Positions 1-8,547 of a stretch of 33,203 nucleotides of DNA are shown piece after piece. Made by a program: the position numbers and the translations under genes. This DNA comes from an uncultured virus (IMG/VR IMGVR_UViG_2049941000_000079) (lineage: Duplodnaviria > Heunggongvirae > Uroviricota > Caudoviricetes), in IMG/VR virus record IMGVR_UViG_2049941000_000079; one strand, given 5' to 3'. The notes under the pieces were generated by a model. That model did not search any database, was not told where the DNA came from, and saw only the letters and a list, made by a program, of their open reading frames with translations. The first letter of the stretch is position 1. The number at the start of each line of letters is the position of its first letter.

Positions 1-90
1 ATAGTAACACATGAGGCGGTTAAAAAATCACTATCATTTGAGGACTTAAAACGGATCGCAAACAACATGGACAATCCCGAAAAGCCTTGA
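1..90 (+). CDS. 3' end of the 405-937 gene (misplaced contig)
   Basis: Nt 1-50 are identical to 888-937. The frame continues IVTHEAVKKSLSFEDLKRIANNMDNPEKP to TGA at 88-90. Confidence 0.85.
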   Translation: MVTHEAVKKSLSFEDLKRIANNMDNPEKP

Positions 91-301
91 TTTTACGGGG
101 TTCGCGCGTGTTTTGTCACATTGTGCAAGTGTTCGTCAAAGATGACTTTCGCGCACAGTTGACACATTTGGCTACTTATGGCGGTATGTCCTGATGATCC
201 CCGGGGGGTTTATGCAATCGGGGCAGGGGGCGGCAACTNNNNNNNNNNTGCGATGTTGACAGAATAGAAACAGCATAACAATTATATAAGGGTATAGCAA
301 G

Positions 302-331
302 AAGGGCGGCAGAATATAACCGCTCTTTTTT
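302..331 (+). terminator. Intrinsic terminator-like hairpin upstream of the putative terS
   Basis: aagggcgg/ccgctctt stem followed by a T run; TTGACA at 256-261 upstream. Confidence 0.55.
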
Positions 332-404
332 GTTGTCTTCATTTAGGGGTTGCAATATAAACGGCTTTTTGATATGGGACGCAAGGAAGGAAGGACGGCA
401 GGAC

Positions 405-937
405 ATGAGCAATAATACAGACGTTGGGAACGTGATTGAATATATAGATAGCGATTATTACATACAACAAATAAACATCATAATACGCGGATGCTGTCTT
501 GAGATGCAAGTTGACAAGCCGGATTCGAATCAGATAAACGGCTTTTTGCGTGTAGCTTTTAACAATTTATTCCGAGCGGAAGCGGAAGCAAAGAAGATAG
601 GCGAACGTATAAGCAAGATCGCACTTAATGAGGACAATATAACAGCAATGATCGAAATATATATCGCTGTATGTGAGACATGGAACGCGCTTCCGAGTCA
701 ATACGGGTTCGAACGGTTAACCGGGATAAAAATTGATACAGCTTGTCAATATGTAACGGCGGCGCGTGAGTTACTCCAAAATGCGCGTAAAACTTACGTT
801 CAGAATAGATTGAATAACAGCCCGCTTGGAATACTCACACTTGCAAACAATGACATCGAAACGGGGCTATTATACACCCGGCAAAACATAGTAACACATG
901 AGGCGGTTAAAAAATCACTATCATTTGAGGACTTAAA
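405..937 (+). CDS. Putative terminase small subunit (about 190 aa once joined to 51-90)
   Basis: ATG 405 after a purine-rich SD; helical protein upstream of the large terminase and followed by a G/C-run pac-like region. Function is from position only. Confidence 0.45.
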
Positions 938-1045
938 NNNNNNNNNNNNNNNNNNNNNNNNNNNNNNNNNNNNNNNNNNNNNNNNNNNNNNNNNNNNNNN
1001 NNNNNNNNNNNNNNNNNNNCCCTCAAATTCCGAAAAAACAAAAAG

Positions 1046-1367
1046 GGTGTTAACAGCGGTAAATAAGGGCGATTACGGAAAACAAGAGCCTAAAAACGTA
1101 GGAAATAAAGGTGTTAACAGTATGGCAGAGACGAAAATACTAGGAATTAGGCTAAAAGCAGAGGATAAAGAGAGGTTATCAAGGTATCTGACGCGGGAGA
1201 GTGCGGAGAGTCTACTACGGCAGATAGAGGATGGGGAGATAGAATTAACATCGAAAGGTGCAGTATTTAAAGGTGTCAACACCACATCGGAAGGTGTTAA
1301 CAGTACCATAGAGCGGATTTCGGGGAACAAAGAAACAGGGAACCCCGTAATAGAAGGTGTTAACACC
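1046..1367. repeat. Five copies of palindromic GGTGTYAACA
   Basis: Copies at 1046, 1110, 1272, 1293 and 1356; the last is the perfect palindrome GGTGTTAACACC. Confidence 0.85.
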
Positions 1368-1493
1368 GATTGTGAGAATTGTCCGTACATGAATGACTTA
1401 AATATGAGTGCGTTTGATGAGGTATGCGAGTTCAAAGGCATAGATCGGCAGAAAGCACTCGATAAGTGTGTGCAGATGTTGTGGAGAGGCTAA
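1122..1493 (+). CDS. Hypothetical protein, possible ribbon-helix-helix-like N-terminus
   Basis: MAETKILGIRLKAEDKERLSRY resembles an RHH strand-helix pattern. The ORF track fused it to the upstream gene through Ns. Confidence 0.6.
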   Translation: MAETKILGIRLKAEDKERLSRYLTRESAESLLRQIEDGEIELTSKGAVFKGVNTTSEGVNSTIERISGNKETGNPVIEGVNTDCENCPYMNDLNMSAFDEVCEFKGIDRQKALDKCVQMLWRG

Positions 1494-1538
1494 AATTCCA
1501 AAAAAATTTTCGCTTACGCGAAGGGGAGGAAAAGATTT

Positions 1539-1640
1539 ATGGGTGATATAGGGTACATAGTCGGATACGCGCTGATATTTGCATTTCTGGTTGGTGCGAT
1601 TGTCGGATATATTGCAGGGCATAGAAAGGAAGATGAATGA
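1539..1640 (+). CDS. 33-aa single-pass membrane protein (not in ORF track)
   Basis: SD GGGGAGG; MGDIGYIVGYALIFAFLVGAIVGYIAGHRKEDE; ATGA overlap with the next gene. Confidence 0.7.
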   Translation: MGDIGYIVGYALIFAFLVGAIVGYIAGHRKEDE

Positions 1641-1915
1641 AAGTAAAGATATGCGGAGTACCCCATGAGGTAGTAGAGGTAAAGGACGAGTTTGATTCAG
1701 ATTGCCATTTTGGGCAGATAGAGTATTCGAAGTGTCTGATAAAGGTCAATAAGGATATGCCGGAAGAGATGAAGGTATCAACGGTAGTGCATGAGATGAT
1801 GCATGGGATTTTGAACCACTTGGGATATGAGGACTTGGCGAACGATGAGAAGTTTGTCAGAGTTTTGGGCAATGCGATTAACGAGAGCTTCAAGGTAAAG
1901 GTATGCAACGAATAG
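1637..1915 (+). CDS. Small HEXXH metallopeptidase-like protein (ImmA/IrrE-like fold)
   Basis: VHEMMHGIL motif, preceded by a G-x-I-x-Y...I-x-V strand pattern. Confidence 0.7.
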   Translation: MKVKICGVPHEVVEVKDEFDSDCHFGQIEYSKCLIKVNKDMPEEMKVSTVVHEMMHGILNHLGYEDLANDEKFVRVLGNAINESFKVKVCNE

Positions 1916-2079
1916 GGTATTTGATATTAGCGGAAGAAATGTTAAAGAGGTCGGGTGCAAAAGCGGTGTCCGTTAGGTTTTGGGATGATCGGAACGAGTA
2001 TGAGTGTATTTTGAAGAAGGAAAGGAGAAGGAATGATAATCAAAGGGATAACAATTTTCGGTCAGGTAGTAGATGTTGA
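1903..2079 (+). CDS. Hypothetical 58-aa protein (not in ORF track)
   Basis: MQRIGYLILAEEMLKRSGAKAVSVRFWDD...; fills the space between neighbouring genes with short overlaps. Confidence 0.5.
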   Translation: MQRIGYLILAEEMLKRSGAKAVSVRFWDDRNEYECILKKERRRNDNQRDNNFRSGSRC

Positions 2080-2398
2080 GTGTAACATTGCTGACTTTTT
2101 GGAGTTGGTGGATGTTTTAGAGAAAGCGGAGAAGTTTACGAGTGAGCCGGACTTTGATGATGTAGTGATTGAAGCACCGAAGGAAGTGTTGGATGTCAAG
2201 GTTAATGATCCGAAGAAGGAAGATACGATAAAGGCAATCAAAGAAGCGGTAGCGCAGAAGAAAAAGGAAAAAAAGTACACCGATCTTGATATAGTGCGGA
2301 TGCACGATGATGAAGGTATGGAAATGAAAGAGATCGCGAAGATTACGGGTATTCCGTATTCTTCATGTTGGCAGAGATATCACAAGGTAGTGAAATGA
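2033..2398 (+). CDS. Hypothetical protein with C-terminal HTH
   Basis: EGMEMKEIAKITGIPYSSCWQRY HTH pattern; SD AAGGAG. Confidence 0.7.
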   Translation: MIIKGITIFGQVVDVECNIADFLELVDVLEKAEKFTSEPDFDDVVIEAPKEVLDVKVNDPKKEDTIKAIKEAVAQKKKEKKYTDLDIVRMHDDEGMEMKEIAKITGIPYSSCWQRYHKVVK

Positions 2399-2601
2399 GA
2401 GAGTGGATAAAGAACGGAAGATGTCACCGGGAGTGTTTTGCAAACTGTGAAGGTATGTGCAGGGCATTAGCGGAGATACCCAAGGATGGGGAGTGTCCAT
2501 TTAGGCGAACTGATATAAATATGCAGGATCAGTATGCGGATATGGCATTACACAATTCGCAAAAGAGTTTGAAAGACTATGATGTGGGGATAGATGGCTG
2601 A
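2395..2601 (+). CDS. Small Cys-rich hypothetical protein
   Basis: ATGA overlap with the previous gene; CFANCEGMCRAL...ECPFRR. Confidence 0.65.
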   Translation: MREWIKNGRCHRECFANCEGMCRALAEIPKDGECPFRRTDINMQDQYADMALHNSQKSLKDYDVGIDG

Positions 2602-4374
2602 ATTAGACGATCTAAAAGGTTTAGTGGCACAACTCGATAAGAAACCCGTGGTAAATGAAGCGGAGCTTGAAGCGTATGTTAATTATTCGACATACGCTAT
2701 CTTCACGTTGAAGGAGTACAGATACGGGCGAGATTTGGCTTTGCAAGCGGCGAAAAAAGTGACTAACACGGTCAAGGCGGCAGGATTTACGGATATATGG
2801 GATATGGAGCGCAAAACAAAGGAATACGGCGGCACATACCTTCTTGATGGGTTCTACAATCTTTGTCTGCTTCGGTCATTTTGGGATTTAGAAGCCTATA
2901 TGTTCTTCATGGAGCAAGACAGACCGCAAGACAAGAGGTTTTACCTTCCGAGAATGAACCCGTTGCAGGTGGTTGCACATGACATAGAGGATTTGGCAAA
3001 TAGGGTTATCAAGTTCTTGGGTATATCANNNNNNNNNNTACGATAGCCATATTTGGTTTAACGTGGTTGGCTATGAAGCGTCCGAATAGTCATTCAGCTA
3101 TGGGCGGCCATTCAGGTGTACTGACAAAGGGGTTTTATAGGGAATTATTGAACCTGATAGATACATCGGAGTACCGATTCGGTCAAATATATAAGTTTTG
3201 GCATGAGAACGCGCGGAAAGTCATACGAGATAAGAGTGCCGAAGACTTTACGATCAATCTTGACAAGCCGGATAGGTTTTCAACACTTTCTTGCCGTTCA
3301 ATAGACGCTACATGGACGGGTGCGATAGATGTTTCATGGGATGGTTGGCTTTATGTAGATGATTTGGTGCGAGATCGTGAACATTCGTTATCCCCTACGA
3401 GAATGGAGAACACCTATCAGGAATACCTTAACAAGATGGTAGACCGAAAATCGGGATTTGACCCTGATCCAAGAGATATTGATTTAGGGTTTGACATTGA
3501 CATTGAGTTTCTGTTCCCCGGTGCGTGTGAATTGATGATTGGTACGTTGTGGAACGTCTATGACCCACTTTATCGTATGGAAATGCTACACGGGGATGAT
3601 CCTTTATACCGATTTAGGAAAATCCCGGCACTCAACGAGAAGGACGAGTCAAACTTTAACTATCCTATCAACGGATTCACTACGGAATACTACCGAGAAA
3701 TGCGTGAGCGTCTTGATGAACCTGAATGGATGGCGAAGTATCAACAAGCCCCGTTTGTCCGTGAAGGAATCTTGATAAACCGCAACGAGCTTAACTACTT
3801 CAACGGGGAGATTGCCGAACCCATTGAGAAGATCATAGGTGTCCTTGATCCTGCTGTGGGCGGTGGCGATTATCTTTCGATGGTTATTGTAGCCGAAGCC
3901 AAAGGGCGCAAGAGAAAGCCTATCATTGATTGGGTTTACACCAAAGAGACAAAGGGTAAGTCTATTCCAATGCTTGTAGCAAAGATTATGGCACATAACA
4001 TCAGCGAAGTGCAGTATGAGCGAAACGGCATAGGTCGAGTANNNNNNNNNNTGACACAAGCTCTGCATAACGCAGGATATTACCGATGCAAAATGACTTC
4101 TTTTACCGCGCCGGAAGGAATGAGCAAGGAAGAAAAAATCATCGGGTATTCGGATTGGATAAAGGGAAATCTTGAATTTATAGACGAAAGCGTGAAGAAC
4201 GCGACCTATACGCGGTCGAATCAGTATCAATTAGCCTTAAACCACGTCTTTATCTGGACTACGGAAGGTAAGAACAAGACGGATGATGCGATTGATAACC
4301 TTGCACAGACCGCTAGGGTGTACGAGCGGCAAAGAAACGGCATAGTTGACGTAATAATGAATCCTTTTAGGTGA
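2594..4374 (+). CDS. terL: Terminase large subunit (split by N gaps)
   Basis: FLGIS precedes the Walker A region, which falls in the gap at 3029-3038. Walker B LYVDDLV, IGTLW coupling motif, KYQQAP, RNase H-like LDPAVGGGDY and C-terminal DDAIDNL. Confidence 0.9.
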
Positions 4375-4680
4375 GGTGGAGTATGTCATATCCAATTTTT
4401 AAAATAGATGATAAGGAGTTAAACCGAGTGTTTAGTTTCCAACCTTTACTGAAAAGACATCAGTTTTTAATTGAGTTTACTTCAGATGCCGTTATCCCTT
4501 CATNNNNNNNNNNAAAGGTGAGCATATTCTATCTGCAAGAATGAATGATAAAAATGTGGATGTTATAAAACATTCGGTTAGAAATATCCGCAAACAAGAT
4601 AAGGCACTCATTATGGATATGACAGAAGAAACAAGGGAAGCATACAGATTCGCAGAGGAATTAAACAATGAGGACTTTGA

Positions 4681-4911
4681 ATGAAGTGTAAGAATTGCGG
4701 AGCAGAACTAAATAACGGCAGATGTGAGTATTGCGGGTCGGTTTTTCCTGAAGAAATGCGAATGTTTACGCTAAAAGCACCCAAAATAGACCCAGAGATT
4801 ATCAAACAAGCACTATACGGAAGCCATGTAATAAATGACAGCCGGATGTATAAGGAGAGGATAGAAGTCACTTGTTTAGGCGATAGTGAGCCGCATTACA
4901 TAGAGGTGTGA
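4681..4911 (+). CDS. Zinc-ribbon protein
   Basis: CKNCGA...CEYCGS; SD GAGG. Confidence 0.75.
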   Translation: MKCKNCGAELNNGRCEYCGSVFPEEMRMFTLKAPKIDPEIIKQALYGSHVINDSRMYKERIEVTCLGDSEPHYIEV

Positions 4912-5168
4912 GTATGAATGAATTTTTAAGATTTTTCGATGAAAAAGCAGAAGACTTCCCAATGCACTTGGATATCCACTATTCAAAGATCACGGATTGG
5001 GCGATTTACGTCTACAAAAAAGGATGCGCGACAGATTACCCTAATAGTCCTCATGTTGGGAATGACGCAATCATTGTGTCGGAGAATGATACCGATATGG
5101 AACTTGTGTTTGCAAAAGCCTATGTCGCATTAAAGGAGTGGCTTTCGGAGTACGAAGGGGGTTACTGA
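4908..5168 (+). CDS. Hypothetical phage protein
   Basis: SD GAGGTG; coupled to neighbouring genes by overlaps. Confidence 0.7.
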   Translation: MSMNEFLRFFDEKAEDFPMHLDIHYSKITDWAIYVYKKGCATDYPNSPHVGNDAIIVSENDTDMELVFAKAYVALKEWLSEYEGGY

Positions 5169-5590
5169 TGTACGAAGAATTGAAGGAACTTAACGAGATA
5201 ATCAGACGTAAGCAGGAGAGGATAGACGAATTACGGGCGGCGGCGGTATCTTTGAGTGTGCCGTTGGATCAGCGTGTTCAAAATTCGTCCGAGGACAGAC
5301 TTGCGAACCTCATGTGCAAGATCATCATTGCTGAAAACGAACTTGACGGCCTTATTGATGATTTTGCGGATAAAAAGATGAAAGCAAAGACGGAAATCTT
5401 CACATTACCCATTGAGGATTGGCAGGACATAGTTTATATGCACTATATTGAGTTTAAGAGTATGGATGAGGTAGCACAAATCCTATCGAAGAAGAAAAAA
5501 CGTCATATATCGAAAGATGCGGTGTATATGAAGAACAACCGGGCGATAAAATATCTGAAAAAAACGATATTGTCAGAAAACAGAGCGTAA
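5168..5590 (+). CDS. ArpU/RinA-like late transcription regulator (sigma70 region 4-like C-terminus)
   Basis: Coiled-coil N-terminus, then IVYMHYIEFKSMDEVAQIL...ISKDAVYMKNNRAIKYL; directly upstream of the portal. Start at TGATG 5166-5170. Confidence 0.75.
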   Translation: MYEELKELNEIIRRKQERIDELRAAAVSLSVPLDQRVQNSSEDRLANLMCKIIIAENELDGLIDDFADKKMKAKTEIFTLPIEDWQDIVYMHYIEFKSMDEVAQILSKKKKRHISKDAVYMKNNRAIKYLKKTILSENRA

Positions 5591-5657
5591 ATGTCAGAAA
5601 ATTATACGATATTGTTGAAATTATACTTGACGTTAGTTGAATTGTTTGATATATAGT
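5564..5657 (+). promoter_or_regulatory. Late promoter region with direct repeats
   Basis: TGTCAGAAAA at 5571 and 5592; ACGATATTGT at 5564 and 5606; TTGACGTTAGTTGAATT at 5627-5643, repeated at 24325; TATA-like box at about 5650-5657. Confidence 0.7.
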
Positions 5658-5674
5658 AAAATTGTAGAAGTATC

Positions 5675-5699
5675 AAGGGCGGGTTATCCGTCCTTTTTT
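5675..5699 (+). terminator. Terminator-like hairpin between the late promoter and portal
   Basis: agggcggg-tta-tccgtcct followed by a T run. Confidence 0.65.
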
Positions 5700-5712
5700 C
5701 GTTGGAGAAAAC

Positions 5713-7149
5713 ATGAAGGATATTCGTAAAAACAGCAGACCTTTTAATCAGGTATGTTACAATTCGTTTGGTCGGAAGGTTATTTATACAAACGCATTAA
5801 AGATCACTTCCAACAACATTGTTAAGGAACTTTCCAAAGCGATGAATCCGTTTAATCAGAACGCCGAGGAAATTGACTATCTGTATAATTACTATCTCGG
5901 CAATCAGCCTGTTTTATACCGAAAAAAAACAACAAGACCCGAAATAAACAACAAAGTCGTGCAGAACACGGCTTTTTTTATTGTCGAAACAAAGACCGCA
6001 GATATAGCAAGTGAGCCTATACAGTATGTATTAAGGGGAACGGACGAAACAAAATCAAAGGAAATAGCAGACCTTAACTCAATAATGGAGAATGAGGATA
6101 AGGCGTATTCTGATATTTGCTTGGCCCGTTGGCGTAGCATTTGCGGCACGTCCTATCGTCTGATTGCTAATGATGATGGACGTTCAAGCCTTTTGGATGA
6201 AACAGAGTTCCGTATAGATGTTCTTGATCCGAGAACTACGGCAGTTGTTTATTATTCAAACAATATTCCTGCTTTCTCATTCCAGAAGATAAAGGACGAG
6301 AATAACAAGACGCTTTACTTTGTTTATACAAGGGAAGCATGGTACAAGATCAGCGGAACAAAAATAGTCGAAAGTGGTACAAACGGCTTTTTGGCTATCC
6401 CGGTTATCGAATATCCGAACAATGAAAACCGTATATCGGACATTGAGATTACAATTTCCTTGTCAGATGCCATAAATGAGCAGACTTCTGACCGTGCAGA
6501 CGGCATAGCACAGTTTGTGCAGTCATTCATTAAGTTTGTTAACTGCGAAATGGATGCCGAGAAGTTCAAGGAACTTCGACAGATGGGCGCATTTATCGTT
6601 AAGTCAAATAACGGTGAGAACAAAGCCGATGTTGACATAATGAGTTCGGAACTTAACCAAAGTCAGGCGCAAGTAGCAATGGATGATCTCTTTAATAAGA
6701 TTTTGGTCATTCAGGGCATTGCGAACCGCGAAGGTAACACCGGGGGCGATACGCAGGGTGCGGTATCACTCCGAAATGGTTATCTTGATAGTGAAAAGAG
6801 AGCGGAACTGTCCGAACCTTCTTTCAAAAAGGCCGAGAAACAGTTTTTACGCATTTTGTTATACAAACTTTCCGTTGATAAGCAGACAACCCTGAAAGTA
6901 TCGGATATCGAAATCAAGATAAGTCGTTCAAAGATGGATAATATGCTTACAAAGGCAGAAACAATGAAGATTCTGCTTGATAGTGGTATTTATCCTGAAA
7001 GAGCAATCAAATCCGTAGGATTCTTTGCTGATCCTGAACAAGTGGCTATTGAGTCACAAAAGAGAATGGATATTCTTTATCCGCAGGAAATTAACGAAAG
7101 TGAGGAAAAACAACCGAATGAGGTTATAGAGGTTTCGGATGAAGTTTGA
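5713..7149 (+). CDS. Portal protein (SPP1 gp6-like)
   Basis: YLYNYYLGNQ, INNKVVQN..FIVE, IPVIEYPNN...SDIE..ISL.DAIN; 478 aa; position. Confidence 0.92.
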   Translation: MKDIRKNSRPFNQVCYNSFGRKVIYTNALKITSNNIVKELSKAMNPFNQNAEEIDYLYNYYLGNQPVLYRKKTTRPEINNKVVQNTAFFIVETKTADIASEPIQYVLRGTDETKSKEIADLNSIMENEDKAYSDICLARWRSICGTSYRLIANDDGRSSLLDETEFRIDVLDPRTTAVVYYSNNIPAFSFQKIKDENNKTLYFVYTREAWYKISGTKIVESGTNGFLAIPVIEYPNNENRISDIEITISLSDAINEQTSDRADGIAQFVQSFIKFVNCEMDAEKFKELRQMGAFIVKSNNGENKADVDIMSSELNQSQAQVAMDDLFNKILVIQGIANREGNTGGDTQGAVSLRNGYLDSEKRAELSEPSFKKAEKQFLRILLYKLSVDKQTTLKVSDIEIKISRSKMDNMLTKAETMKILLDSGIYPERAIKSVGFFADPEQVAIESQKRMDILYPQEINESEEKQPNEVIEVSDEV

Positions 7150-7741
7150 TGAACTGAATCAGTTAAAGCGGTTCTTTTCAACAATGGAACTGTCCGAAGA
7201 TGAAAAACAAAAGCGGTGTGACTTTGCGATTTTATTATACGAAGCAATATACTATACGTTTTCCTTTATCAAGGTTGATAAGGAAGTTGCGAAACGTAAC
7301 TCTACCGAAAAGACTGATATTGCGGATTCGTATAAAGAAACCCTTGAAAATCGTCTTGAAGACGCATTTAAGGACATACCGCATGAGCCGGATTACATAC
7401 CGAGGTTAGTTGACGATATCATTGAGACTACTAACCGACATCCTGATGAAGAGTATTACTTATCACGGGATAGAGCATTATTGATAGCGCAAAATGAGAG
7501 CAATACAGCTTATAACTATGTTGACTATGATAATGCGGTAAAGAACGGCAAACAATACAAAGTCTGGATAACTGAAAACGATGATCGTGTAAGAATGGAT
7601 CACGCAGAGGTTGACGGACAAAAGATACCTATTGATGAAATGTTCACAGTAGGCAATGACAAAATGAGATATCCACATGATTACGTCAACGGATCGGCAG
7701 ACAATCTTATAAATTGCCGATGCGTATGTGTTTATGAATAG
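7139..7741 (+). CDS. Minor head protein (Mu gpF / SPP1 gp7-like)
   Basis: KVWITENDDRVRMDHAEVDGQKIPIDEMF...RYPHD...INCRC signature. Confidence 0.9.
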   Translation: MKFDELNQLKRFFSTMELSEDEKQKRCDFAILLYEAIYYTFSFIKVDKEVAKRNSTEKTDIADSYKETLENRLEDAFKDIPHEPDYIPRLVDDIIETTNRHPDEEYYLSRDRALLIAQNESNTAYNYVDYDNAVKNGKQYKVWITENDDRVRMDHAEVDGQKIPIDEMFTVGNDKMRYPHDYVNGSADNLINCRCVCVYE

Positions 7742-7816
7742 TGGTTTTCTTTTCATTATAAACTTCCTTATCAAGCGGTGTGTCCTGCCATGTGGCACAC
7801 CGTACTTTCAGAAATT

Positions 7817-7838
7817 ACGTCCTTCGGGGCGTTTTTTT
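7817..7838 (+). terminator. Intrinsic terminator
   Basis: acgtcc-TTCG-gggcgt followed by a T run. Confidence 0.75.
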
Positions 7839-7851
7839 AATACAAGTGCAT

Positions 7852-7939
7852 AACGGGGATAGTGATTGCAACACGAAAGCGGAAAGCCTTATCCGTTTCC
7901 CCGTTTTGAACAAATAAGGCATTACCGAAAGGCGGGTAA
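7852..7939 (+). ncRNA. Candidate structured leader RNA (three-way junction, pseudoknot, RBS hairpin)
   Basis: Pairings read directly from the sequence (see findings); no family assigned. Confidence 0.5.
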
Positions 7940-7941
7940 GT

Positions 7942-8477
7942 ATGGAGAATAACAATAAGCATATCGGCAGACCACGCAAATACAATGATTACCAGATAAT
8001 TGGAAATTGCGCGTATGTTACTTTAGGTCTAACGAATAATGTAATGATATGTGATGCGGACGATTGGTTGAATTGGAAAGATTATTATTGGTTTGAACAA
8101 AAAGACAGAGGATATGTTCAAGCAACCATAAACGGTAAACACGTTTCGTATCATAGTCATTTATTGAAAGAAATTGACGGTTATGTAAGAGATCATATTA
8201 ACAGGAATAAGTTAGANNNNNNNNNNATATGCAAGTTATCAGGCAAATAGCATAAACACAAAAATATCAAAAGCAAATACAAGCGGTGCAAAAGGCGTTA
8301 TTTATGATAAAACACGTCAAAAATGGCGCGCCGAGATAACGATAAGGGGAAAAAAGAAAAATCTCGGAAGGTTTGATAATTACGAAGATGCTATAAAAGC
8401 AAGAAAACAANNNNNNNNNNAACCCTATTTTTGAAAAAGAAACTTTCCACTCGGAGAGTTTTTTTAATACGCACTAA
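7942..8477 (+). CDS. HNH-AP2 homing endonuclease (free-standing; gaps, 3' end uncertain)
   Basis: GYV...H...DHINRNKL HNH motif before the gap. After it, NTSGAKGVIYDKTRQKWRAEITIRGKKKNLGRFDNYEDAIKARK is an AP2 domain. Confidence 0.85.
8440..8465 (+). terminator. Intrinsic terminator
   Basis: aaactttcc-actc-ggagagttt followed by a T run. Confidence 0.6.
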
Positions 8478-8547
8478 TGCGACAAATTAGATCATCCATC
8501 GTAGAGCAAGGCTACGTTAAAAAGTGTAGATGAGAAAGGGAAAGAAA

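Noticed and set aside
191..230. CTGATGA as a hammerhead ribozyme core
   Set aside because: No GAAA after a stem II, and no stems I or III could be built.
1..937. 50-bp direct repeat (1-50 = 888-937) as a terminal repeat or att site
   Set aside because: Both copies sit at contig ends and join into one reading frame, so this is an unmerged assembly overlap.
330..1493. Single 387-aa ORF
   Set aside because: Artefact of translating through Ns; it is two genes (405-937 plus 51-90, and 1122-1493).
3029..3066. Split terminase, or an intron/intein in terL
   Set aside because: The frame change coincides with a 10-N placeholder gap; no intein or intron motifs are visible.
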